DNA of 64,000 nt from Takakia lepidozioides. Its lineage: Eukaryota; Plantae; Bryophyta. How positions within the stretch are numbered: the stretch's first letter is position 1; every line of letters starts with the position of its first letter. The stretch covers positions 62,496,001 to 62,560,000 of the forward strand of contig CM060733.1 in assembly GCA_030704615.1 (NCBI GenBank). The letters run 5' to 3'. Positions 23,773-34,300 of the stretch are shown piece after piece. The notes under the pieces were generated by a model that was given only the letters and a program-made list of their open reading frames with translations, was not told where the DNA came from and made no database searches. Position numbers and translations under genes: made by a program.

Positions 23773-23949
23773 TGTGCACACACGGTATTGATCAAGAGAC
23801 CCAACACCAAAATCCAACCAACACCTAAAAGCAAAGCACAACAAAGGGTGCCAAAACCCTTACCCTCCTTCCAGCACCGATGAATCCGACTTCAAAAATT
23901 TTCCACAGGTCGCCAGGAGCCCGGATCCACCCCCAAAGTGTCTCCTTCG

Positions 23950-23951
<2 letters not shown>

Positions 23952-24002
<51 letters not shown>
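23952..24002. repeat. (TC)n/(GA)n microsatellite in the MPPA 5' region
   Basis: About 25 TC dinucleotides. Confidence 0.95.
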
Positions 24003-24007
<5 letters not shown>

Positions 24008-24095
24008 CCTTCTTAGGTTTGGGGCAAAAAAAAAGGCGAGAACCCCCACATAAAGTTACGCTCTTACCGTCTCTCTCTTCTGTCTATCACTGCAA

Positions 24096-24666
24096 GGCCA
24101 TGTGAGTATGGCGGGCAAGCTTCCTCCCTCTCTCCCTCTCGCGCTACAACTGCCAGGTAAACGCCTTTGCAAAGTCCGACCTCTGTTCCCTCGGGTCACC
24201 CAACCTCCTACACACTACCCAGCCCGTCTCTTCCGCGGCTCAGGCCAATGTACCGGCCCACCGAGTACTATTCTTAAGATAAAAATAGTTTTTTTTTTTT
24301 TTTTTTTTTTTTTGGTCTATCATTGCAAGACCATGGGGGAGTTAACCAATCTTTCAAAAGATGTAAGCCTTATGGCCTCCTGTCCTGGTTAATTTTTCCA
24401 GGACACCTTTATTAATATGATCTAAAGGGCTTCCTTCCCCTTAAAAAAAAAAAAAAAGGCCATGTGAGTATGGCGGGCAAGCTTCCTCCCTCTCTCCCTC
24501 TCGCGCTACAACTGCCAGGTAAACACCACCGCAAAGTCCGACCTCTGTTCCCTCGGGTCACCCAACCACCTACACACTACGCAGCCCGTCTCTTCCGCGG
24601 CTCGGGCCAGTGTACCAGCCCACCGCGTACTATTCTTAAGATAAAAATAGATTTATTTATTTTTTT
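24096..24666. repeat. Duplicated ~200-bp block upstream of MPPA
   Basis: GGCCATGTGAGTATGGCGGGCAAGCTTCC..CTTAAGATAAAAATAG at ~24096 and ~24458. Confidence 0.85.
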
Positions 24667-24689
24667 GGAAAATGAAACACCTTGGAGTG

Positions 24690-25241
24690 TGTGAAGCCTG
24701 ATTCTGGCGCTATGGGTTTGTTCCCCTTCCTCTACCGGACTTAGTTCAAACTGGGGGATGTAGTCGATAGATAGATGGGCCTGGCAGAGAAGACGGAATC
24801 TCACGAAGAGGACGCAACAGAGTCAGACATCCACAACGCATTCATCAGCACACTCAAGCACACCATTACACCAAATGCACACTCATGTAAGATGAAAGCC
24901 ACCACCCCCATTGCCACGGCAGCGCAGCTTAAATAGTATTAGGTCGTAATCTAATCCTAGTGCCACGTGACACTTACATATAGGTAAGCCAGATGTCCTT
25001 CCAGCACAACCATAGTAAGAAGCCAGATCACCCATACCCATCCTAATCTAATCCTAAATTAGCTGTTAGAATAAGACAACATGTAATAAAACCATAAGCT
25101 GTTGCCAGCTCATCCCATGCGCAAAACGCTAGTTCATCCATACTTCATCCTGGTTCCGTCCATCCTTAAATCATCCGGAGCGCATCCTCCCTCCATCCAT
25201 CCAAGTCGATAAAGCAGGTGAGGAGGAATCCCAGCTCCACA
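24690..25241 (-). repeat. 3' LTR (552 bp)
   Basis: Minus strand TGTGGAGC...GGCTTCACA; related to 19812-20303 and 60228-61048. Confidence 0.8.
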
Positions 25242-25534
25242 TATGTGAAGCCTGCTGGGGCCACTAGAAATTGCGAGCTCATGCGAGCGATGAGCCAGAA
25301 AGAACGAAAACGAAGCTAGCCTAAACAAACTATACACCCGGCACACAAGAGATGAAAAAACCTAGGGGAAGCCCACCTTGCCCTGCAAGGTGGGCCAAGG
25401 ACAAAACATCCCCTAGAAAAAACCCCAAGTCCTACAAGCAATATAGAAAACTAGCACAAAAATTCAAAACAACACTACTCAACAGGAGAATAAGCCATGG
25501 CACGAGCCGTTCTTGATGTAGGTGTGAAGATCAC

Positions 25535-26818
25535 CTAGTGGTTCTCAACATTCAAACAGGTCAGATCAAAAGTAAGAGTGCATGGAGCAAGCAACGAAAC
25601 ATGAATCGAGCTAGCTAAGTGAGGAGTAGAAGTATGGTGTGGAAGCAACACATACTGCCTGCCAGGAAGAATCTCAGAGATCAGGTAAGGGCCATCAATC
25701 CGTCGCTTGGCTTTAGATACCTGCTTACCAGGCTGGTGCCTTACACAAACAGACTGCCCTACCTTGAATGACTCAGAATACACAACACGCCTGTTATAAT
25801 TCTTGGCCTGAGAAGCCTGGGCAAACACAATGTTAGACATAGCTATTTCACGCAAACGACGTCGTTTAGCATCCATGGAAAGCAAAAAAGCTTCCCAATT
25901 TTCAGGCTCAGTAGCTGAGACCTTCAGCCAGGAAATATGCAAATGAGTCCTACATTTCCTACCATACAAAAGTTCAAAAGGTGAGATCTTGGTACTGACA
26001 TGGATAAAAGTCCTATAGGCAAAGAACAGAATAGGCATGGCAATATCCCATTCATCAATGAGAGATCCATTCTTTTCTAGCATCTGGCACATAGTTTTGT
26101 TAAATCGTTCTGTCAAACCATTGCACTGGGAATTATAAGGAGCAGTAACGGCATGCTTAGTGTTGAGATTAAACAAAACAATCTCCATAAGTTGGTTGCA
26201 AAACTCAGTACCTTGATCCGTGAGGATTTCAAGAGGGCAACCATGGCGAAGGATCACCTTATCAAAGAAGAATTGTACCACCTCATCACTATCATTAGCA
26301 ACCAGAGGTCGGAGCTCAACCCATTTCTTCAGGTAATCCGTAGCAACAGCAAGGTATGCATGGCCCTTAGACGTGGATTTAAGGGGTCCAACAAGATCTA
26401 AACCAACCCTGGCGAATGGTTCAGTCACCGGGATTGGCTGTAAAGTTAAGGGTGCTTCGGTCCTAGGTAGGATGGTCTTAGCATGACAGGGTACACACCT
26501 TGCAATGAAAGCTGAAACATCTTTAACTAAGTCTTTCCAATGATACTGCTCCTGCAGTCTTCTGACAGTTTTTGTGACCCCCAAATGGCCAGCATAAGTA
26601 GAAGCATGGTACAATTCTAGCAAAGTAGGGACAGCGGACCTAGAAGGGACTTCCACAGCAGGGGTACCTTCCAAAGCAGTGACTCTGAACAATCTCCCTT
26701 CACTTTCCCGGTGGCTGGGTAAGTGATAGTTGACTTGCCTCATGAGCAACTTTGGATATGCCACTAAGGTGGGTGCCGGTTTTGCACCTGTGGAGAAGAG
26801 CATCGTACAATGGATCAT
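25535..26818 (-). CDS. Gypsy integrase
   Basis: HASTYAGHLG..CVPC zinc finger; rve core; GPY motif. Confidence 0.9.
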   Translation of the reverse strand: MIHCTMLFSTGAKPAPTLVAYPKLLMRQVNYHLPSHRESEGRLFRVTALEGTPAVEVPSRSAVPTLLELYHASTYAGHLGVTKTVRRLQEQYHWKDLVKDVSAFIARCVPCHAKTILPRTEAPLTLQPIPVTEPFARVGLDLVGPLKSTSKGHAYLAVATDYLKKWVELRPLVANDSDEVVQFFFDKVILRHGCPLEILTDQGTEFCNQLMEIVLFNLNTKHAVTAPYNSQCNGLTERFNKTMCQMLEKNGSLIDEWDIAMPILFFAYRTFIHVSTKISPFELLYGRKCRTHLHISWLKVSATEPENWEAFLLSMDAKRRRLREIAMSNIVFAQASQAKNYNRRVVYSESFKVGQSVCVRHQPGKQVSKAKRRIDGPYLISEILPGRQYVLLPHHTSTPHLASSIHVSLLAPCTLTFDLTCLNVENH

Positions 26819-27279
26819 CCATGCCTACATCACTCATGGCCACACAACAGGAGGTTAGTGCAGGTGAGAAAGAAGTGTCCGCCCCCATTGTCTTCCTCTC
26901 AGAAATCCCGACTTCATTTTTCCAAATGGCTGCCTATGAGGAAGCAAGCAGGCTATAGAGGGCAGCTCAGTCCCTTAGTCTGGAAACAAACCAAGGCAGA
27001 TGCAAGACAAGATGATCAGGCCTAGGATAAGGGATAGTACCAGAGCCTACTACTGGATGCCAGTCCTGAATTCATGCCAATACCAAGGAAAAATCAACCA
27101 ACATCAAACTGTAGTAGATCCCAAGCGTCAAGCATGTCTGGGGGTACATAAGGATAATCCAACAGATGACACAAAGCAAATAGATCCGGAACAGGCATAG
27201 CAGATGAAACAAGATGTGAAGCATGAGGAACAAGATCATGCAAGGTAGTGTAATCAGGGATTTTGGGTTCCCCACAAGT

Positions 27280-28620
27280 CAAAGCATCAGCATGGACATT
27301 ATCCTTCCCTCGCTTGTAGGATAGATATGTTGAAGTCATAGCCCTATAGGATCAGAGCCCACCTAGCTAATCTGCCAGTTAGTTCACGAGGAGTAAGCAA
27401 GGCTTTTAGGGTAAATGATCAGTTTCAATGGTAAAATGACAGCCATGCAAATACTGTCTAAAATACTTAACCCCAAAGATAACTGCAAGGCCTTCCTTGT
27501 CAGTGATAGAGTAGTTGCGCTCATGTTTATCAAGGCGGCGGGAAGCGTAGGCAATGGCATGCTCCTTGCCATCTTGAATCTGGCTCAACACTGTAGAGAT
27601 AGCTAAATCACTGGCATCAGTTTGCAAGAGAAATGGCAAGGTAAAATCAGGATAAGCAAGCACAGGAGCAGAGGTTAATGCGATCTTGAGTTTCTCAAAT
27701 GCAGAAGTTTCTGCAGTTCCCCACACAAAACGAGCATCCTTGGATAACAAGCGAGCGAGCGGGGTAGCAAGCTTGGCAAACTGAAAAATGAAGCGACGAT
27801 AGTAAGAGCCCAAGCCTAAGTAGGCCTTAACACATGTTTTGTCTCTAGGGGTGGGATAGTTCCACACAGCCTGGATTTTACTTGGGTCAGGGCTGATGCC
27901 AGCAGCAGAAAGTAGATGGCCCAAGAAATGGAGTTGCTCCATACAAAAATCACACTTCTTGGCTTTAACTTTAAGCCCGGCTGTACGAAGCCTGCACACA
28001 ACCCTCTGTAAATCCAGCAGATGCGCATCAAACGTCATAGAATAAATATTGATGTCATCAATGTAAACCAAAGCACACTCCCAACGAAGGTTTCCCTAAA
28101 CAATGTCCATAAGGCGCTGAAAAGTGGCAGTGGCTCGCCGCCTGCATGTGTTCCTCCGTGACAATCTCGATATCTTTAGTAAGGGGCCCCATGACTTGGG
28201 CCGCACTACCCTCTTGATCATGACATTATCACAGAAGGTAAGCCTATCAAACAACATGCTTATAGAGAAAGTGTTCGTGAGCGTAAGGTCATTCATGAAG
28301 AGATTACCAAGATGCTTGATGCTGGTGTCATCACCCCCTCCATATTCCTTTGGGCCAGTCCCATTGTCTTGGTAGGTAAGAAGGATGGCTTAACCCGTTT
28401 TTGTGTAGACTTTAGGCATTTAAATGCCATCACAAAGAAAGATGTTTACCCTTTGCCACGCAATAATGAGACGCTAGACCAGCTTAATGGGGCCACCATC
28501 TTCTCTTCATTGATTTAGCATCAAGATTTTGGCAAGTTCCTTTAACTGCTGCTGCTAAAGAGAAAACTGCCTTCACCTGCAGAATGGGCCTCTTCCAATT
28601 TGAAACAATGCCCTTCGGGC
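27280..28620 (-). pseudogene. Gypsy RT/RNase H, with the RT N-terminal ~490 bp (28133-28620) inverted onto the + strand
   Basis: Plus strand WASPIVLVGKKDG..RFCVDFR..MPFGLC; minus strand ATFQRLMD..VYIDD..YASRRL. Confidence 0.85.
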
Positions 28621-29769
28621 TTTGTACTGAGGAGTGAGGTGATCACCCACTTTGATATCCTTCAAGATCTGCTGGAAATGCTCCTCTTGCTCAGGAGTGA
28701 GTGTACCATTGTCAGTGGAGCCGGAGTGTGAGGCAAACGCCTGTAGTTGGTCAATGGGAGAATCCACCAGTCCAATGTCATGAAGACTGAGGCCTTTCTG
28801 AACAGAGGCCAACTCAGACAAGGGAGAAGTAGTGAGCCTAGCGAGGACCTGACCTTTGCATATAGTGATGCTAATACGTTCTGGGTTAGCTACCAGTAAT
28901 CTAACCTCACCCTTAAATCCCCTGTCAAGAACCCCAGAAGCAATCAGACAGTGCTTTTGTAGGGTAAGTCTTTTCCATCCTTCTATCTCAAGGAAATGAC
29001 CTTTAGGGCAAGCAAAAGCTAGGCCTGTAGGCACTATGCGCTGAGAAAAAACAAGGATAATAAAGTCAACTGGAGCACGTACCAACATGGTAATCTTGGC
29101 CACAAGCAGAGGAGGTCCAGACATTTTACCTGGTGGAGGAAAATGCCATTGATACGGATTATCACCAAGTGTTTGAAACTGGCTGAACCTGGCCCAATTA
29201 TAGTGCAAACCCACCTGCTCCTTCATCTGCTTAGCTTGAAGCTTAAGACGAGAATAGTTGGCCATAGAGGTCCCGGCAGCAATAGTAACATGGCTCAGGC
29301 TCACTTTGTAAGACTGCCCCTCACCATTGTGCAGGCACATAAGATTGTTCATGATGTCAATGTTGGCTTCTGCACCCTTCATCCAATCCAGCCCCAGTAA
29401 TATTTGTTCACCCATGGTGACAATGCAGGTAAGCAAGACAATCTTTCCACTAATGCGAATAGGCAAAGTGATCAATCCTATGGGTTCATAGGTCATGCCA
29501 TCAGCAACGGTGACTTCAAGGCCACGGGCAGGGCTGATCTTTAACCCAAGAATTTGAACTGTACTAAGGGGAATGGCAGACATGGTGCATCCAGTATCAA
29601 TAACACAAGGAAAGGAAAGGTGTCCCACATGACATTGGGTCATCAATGGGTGGATCCGGTCCCTACTGATGCGTTTATAGGCTTCACAGTGCATGAGTTT
29701 GAAATCACGAGAGAGAACGGCACTTACCATCGTCTTGGGGTTCTTACCATGGTCATTTGGCACCCTCAC
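28621..29769 (-). CDS. Gypsy aspartic protease plus dUTPase-like domain
   Basis: CVIDTGC..ILLGLDW; then IVPTGLAFACPKGHFLEIEG..GVLDRGFKGEVRLLVAN..ICKGQVLARL. Confidence 0.75.
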
Positions 29770-30974
29770 AGATGACCAGGTTTGTTTAAAGCGCCCTTCT
29801 GTTTTTTGGCCCTTTGCAATTGTTCAATCAGAGTAGGCAAGTCAGATTGGTAAGGGCACCACCTGGTGTAATGCTTAGTGGATTTGCAGATCATGCAGGC
29901 CACCACAGAAGTCTTGGCTTCATGACGAATACTAGCATTAGCCTTACCGTAAGACCCAGTCTTGGCAGGAATAGCAGAGTTCCAGCCAACCTCTGCTTTG
30001 AAGGCTTGGAGTTCTCCCTGGATTTCATTACGAAAAGATGACAACTCATGCACAATGGAAGGAACCAGATCTTCTGCAATACCTTTCACCCCAAGGTCCC
30101 CATCAGTACACTCCACACGTTTACTGTCACTAGGAAGACGAGTGTGTTTTGTGCTGGTGGCTTTAGATAAGCCTGCCTTGGCAGCTTTGAGGCGGAGTCT
30201 CTCCTCAATTAATTCCACCATCTCATCCTCAGTAGTGTAGGTTTTCTTTTGTAGAAACACTTTCTCAGCAGGGGGAAGACCTTTCACAAAGCAACGTTTC
30301 AAAATAGCTAGTCGTTCAAAGGCAATTAGGACTGACTTACAAATTGCAGTCCTTAAATCAAAGTAGTACTTCCAAACACTGTCACCATAATGAAACTTCA
30401 AGTCTGGAGTGGTGTAAGCTATGGGCTATTCCTCACGAAACAGCTTACGGGCCAACTCCCTTGCCTCTATCCATGTAAGATCATCTTTATCCTTGATGTT
30501 GGATTCAAACAACTTTCGGGCCTCTCCTTTGAGACAAATCCGGAAGGACTTGACCTGAAATCTAGGCGATACACCATTCATCTCGGTACTGATCTCAAAA
30601 AACTCCAAGAACGATTCAAAATCTTACCCTAGGTTGAATTCAGGGTATTGTTGCTTATGCATTCGCTCGTCAGGCTCGGACTTCCGAGTTGGGGCATCAG
30701 AGACCTCCGTTTGTTTCAGCAACATCTTCATGAGGGGGGGGGAATTAGAAATCACCCCCATGGCTTCGCACAATTCCTCCACATCAAATGTGGGTGGAGA
30801 GTCAGTCGCCGGGTTTTTTTGTTTGAAATCCCTAGACGACTCTCCCCTCTCAAAGTTCTTTTGTTCATTAGCTGCTGTCTCTTCCCTCTCCTCCGCTGCA
30901 CATTGTTCCAACTCACTTAGCCCCATTGTATCTTCTGATTTTTTTTCTAGCATAGATCTGGTGAAAATAGGCAC
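29766..30974 (-). pseudogene. Gypsy gag (frameshifted)
   Basis: MPIFTRS.. start, capsid-like LKGEARKLF..LTWIE, CCHC knuckle. Confidence 0.75.
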
Positions 30975-31369
30975 GAAGAAAGAGAGAACCCACTACCTGT
31001 CCGAAGGGGCACTAGGCTGCGAATCCCACCCGCTCACACAGTGGGAAGTGATGAAGCGGTGCTTGTTTAGCAGGTACACTCCCTCACCCAAGAACTGCCA
31101 CACTTCGTCCTCACTTTTGAGCCAAAACGTGACCCGAACAATGCTGCGAACTACCTTTTCCTTGACCAAAAGACTGTGAGCAGGGTAGCTCTTCGCAGCT
31201 TCTGGCTTGTATAACCCAATAGTTTCACGGCGAAAGCAGACCCCTGGAAAGATCAACACATCACTGGGACAAAAAGGAAAATCAGCGTCGGGAATATGCT
31301 GGTTTTTGCACCGATGTTGGTTTTCACGATTTTTGGGAATGACAGAGTGACGACGAGCCCGACACGCTG

Positions 31370-34300
31370 GTGGTATCATCGACAGCTCCAAGTCATCGCA
31401 TGTTTGAATCGCCCAACTTGGGGCGAGAGGGCAAACTTAAACCTTTTGTTGGTGGACGGGAGGACTTGCAACGAGAGTACGACAGAATAGGCATTGGGGA
31501 GGTTGGTACAGGCGGCATGGCAGGTGAAGGGCGTGAGGACATGAGGACAGCAGATCCGGCAATGGAGGTTGTTCATGCACATGCAGTAGGGCCCGCCCAC
31601 GCAAAGAAAAAGAAGAAAGCTAAGCACATGCAATCCCCGGCGAGAGAGCCGTCACGGGCTGCGGAGGGGGGAGTGAGCAGTGCGCGCGAGGGTGTCAGTT
31701 CGCCTCAATCAAAGGTGGTCGTCCTGGAGGGCTCCCCTGCTGCTAGCCCTAGTAAGAAACAGAAAGCCCGTGAGAGGGCAAAAGAGAGGGCAAAAGAACA
31801 GACGAGACAGAATGCTAGCCAGGAGGAAAGAGAAAAGGTCATTGAAGAGGCCAGGGGTGCCCAAATGACAGATGCCAATGTAAGCGAGGGACGCACAGAG
31901 ACGGTGGATCCCTCCAAGACACCACAGAGAGGCAGTAACACATCGGTTAGACCATCGCGGGCAAGAGCAGCCCGTGCAATTACCCATACGGTGGAGAGTG
32001 GAGGAGAGGAAAGAACACCAGAAAGAGCACGGATTGTGCAAGTTCGAGGTGAAGCCAGGGAGAGGGCAGTAGAGACGGGGAGAGTGCTGGAGGTGGTTTC
32101 GCAGGTGGCTGACCCTGTTGAGGAGGACGACAGGGAGCTTTCTGACCAGGATGACATCCTCCCGGACATCCCCAGGCCCCAAACCCGGAGCATACAGACT
32201 GGATTTGGCGGTCCTGGTGGGCTGCCGGAAAACCCCTCTGCAGCAGACGTCATGTCTGAGGCGGATATGAAGTTGGCCGCTGCCAAGATGTTGGAGGCAA
32301 CCCACAGCAACATTGGCAGGGTGCTGGGGGGCATGGTGTACCCGGCCAAGCTTCGAATTCCCCTTTGCCGCTTGGTGTCATTGCAGGTGGTGAGACCTGC
32401 CCTCCCAGGCGATATCGACAAGCTGAAATTCTCTTTCCGGGATGGATATCGAATGGGGTCTGCCGCGTTTTACGTTTCCATTGAGAACGACCACGGAGCT
32501 TCCCGTGCCCACACTTCCGATGAGGTAGACAAATGGGGTCCCCATTGGCAAACGCGAAATGAGGAGTTCGAGAGATCGATTGCTAGTGATCCTCTTTTCC
32601 AGCACTTGTCCGGTAAGATATTCTACGTGTGGGACGGCAATCATCGCCTCCTGGCATGGATGGAGCACATTGCCCAAGCCCACCCCAACGACCTCGATTG
32701 GCATTTCGCCGTGGATTGTGTTGTACTGAAGGTTGCCGGGCCCAAAGATCGCAGTCTTCTCAAAGCTGCAATGGCCGACATCAACTCGTAAGCTACAACG
32801 CCTCTCGCTTTTGGACTTTGAATTTGGAAGTCATTTCATTGCGAATCCTCATATATGATGAAAATTCCCATTTCAGTATTGTTTGATGGAAATGTGGCAC
32901 TGCAAGGTGATTGAGAATGCCTTCATTGCCACCAACTTGTCCCATATGCTCTTCCGAGTGAAGGATGTTGGGAAGCAAGGGGTGCAAGAGTTTGCCAATT
33001 CCCTCAGTGCCGACCTCCTGCGCAAGTCGGAGGCAAAGGCAGACAGAACCTGGTATAGGCTGAGCGTCGACGCCATGGTGGACTACATATTTCGGGTAAA
33101 GCTCCTGACAGTTTTGTTGAGCTAATCTGTCTCTCCTCCCCCAATAGAAGAAAAGGTCTTCACCGTGATTTCTAATCTCCTCCCCCAATAGAAGAAATTG
33201 TGTTGAGCAGGATCTCTAATCTTATGTGCGCATTCTTGACAGACGAAAATACAGCAGGATTTGGCACATGCGCGGAGGTTCTATATGGAGTCAGAGGAGA
33301 AGAATCCAACCCTCCCGGCACTCGAATCGTATGTCAAAGCTGCGGAGGTGAGGGCCCGCATAAAGTACAAGTCGCGGATGGTAAAGTACGTGGCCATAGC
33401 TGATCCCGCCCTTGGTGCCGACTTTCTGGTGGAGGTGGGGAAGCACTACTCTCGCGCTCTGAAGCCCACGATGACATTGGAGAAGCTCCATCGTCTAGCC
33501 ACATCCTGTGTGGATGCAACAGAAAATGTGATACATTCTTAACCAAATTGTGGTGGCAACAACTCCTTTTTGTGGTGTTTGGCGCTTACGAATATGCTGG
33601 GTGGTTGGACAGACCCGGTGGCTCCAAATCTGGAATGGTTCCCAAAGTACCAGGGACATGTGGAGCTTCCCCAAACCGGACAAACTCTCTGACCCCACAT
33701 TCGACATGTGGATGAACCGCATGACATGGTGGTTTCAGGTACTTCCCCACGCTTCGTTTGGGGCTTCTACTCTAGTAGGGGGTGGATTCATTGTATTTTT
33801 TCAGGAAAGCTATCTGATGGAGAATCTCCACAGGTGACGACGAATGCGCAAGAGCAGCTGGACACACAAGCACATCAGTTCAAGATGGAGATATCTCCTG
33901 CAGCAGAGAGCCTACGTGACTATGTGACGAGGTACTTTCTGCTCTACAAAACCAACCTATTCTTTCAGGAGATAGCAGATGCTCGCCGGAGCCACGAGTT
34001 CACCGACCGGCCGAACGCGGACAAAGCAGCAATGCGCCTTCTGTACAGGTACATACGCGCTATCTTTCTTTCAAGTCCTTGCATTTCAGGATGTTAGAGG
34101 CCTCATGTGGTGTTAGGCAAAATGGCGCCGAATTTCCAGTCAGGGCTCCGAAAATGGCTAAGTCCCTAGACTCGCTGGCCCTGAACTGGAAATTCGGCGC
34201 CATTTTCCAGTTCTAGGCCCTATTGCCGTTCAGGGACTTGGCCATTTTCGGGCTAAGTCCCTAGATTGGCTGGCCCGGAACTGGAAATTCGGCGCCATTT

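Larger units (their letters stand above)
24690..31290 (-). mobile_element. Ty3/Gypsy LTR retrotransposon (gag-PR-dUTPase-RT-RH-IN, 3' LTR; 5' LTR lost), degenerate
   Basis: gag with CMICKSTKHYTRWC; PR IDTG; RT VYIDD; RNase H QTDAS; integrase HHCC and D,D(35)E (GLDLVGP, LTDQG, ERFN), GPY. Confidence 0.9.

Noticed and set aside
23773-23844. 24-aa N-terminal extension of MPP-alpha in the ORF track
   Set aside because: It begins at a non-ATG codon; the first ATG at 23772 gives a typical presequence.
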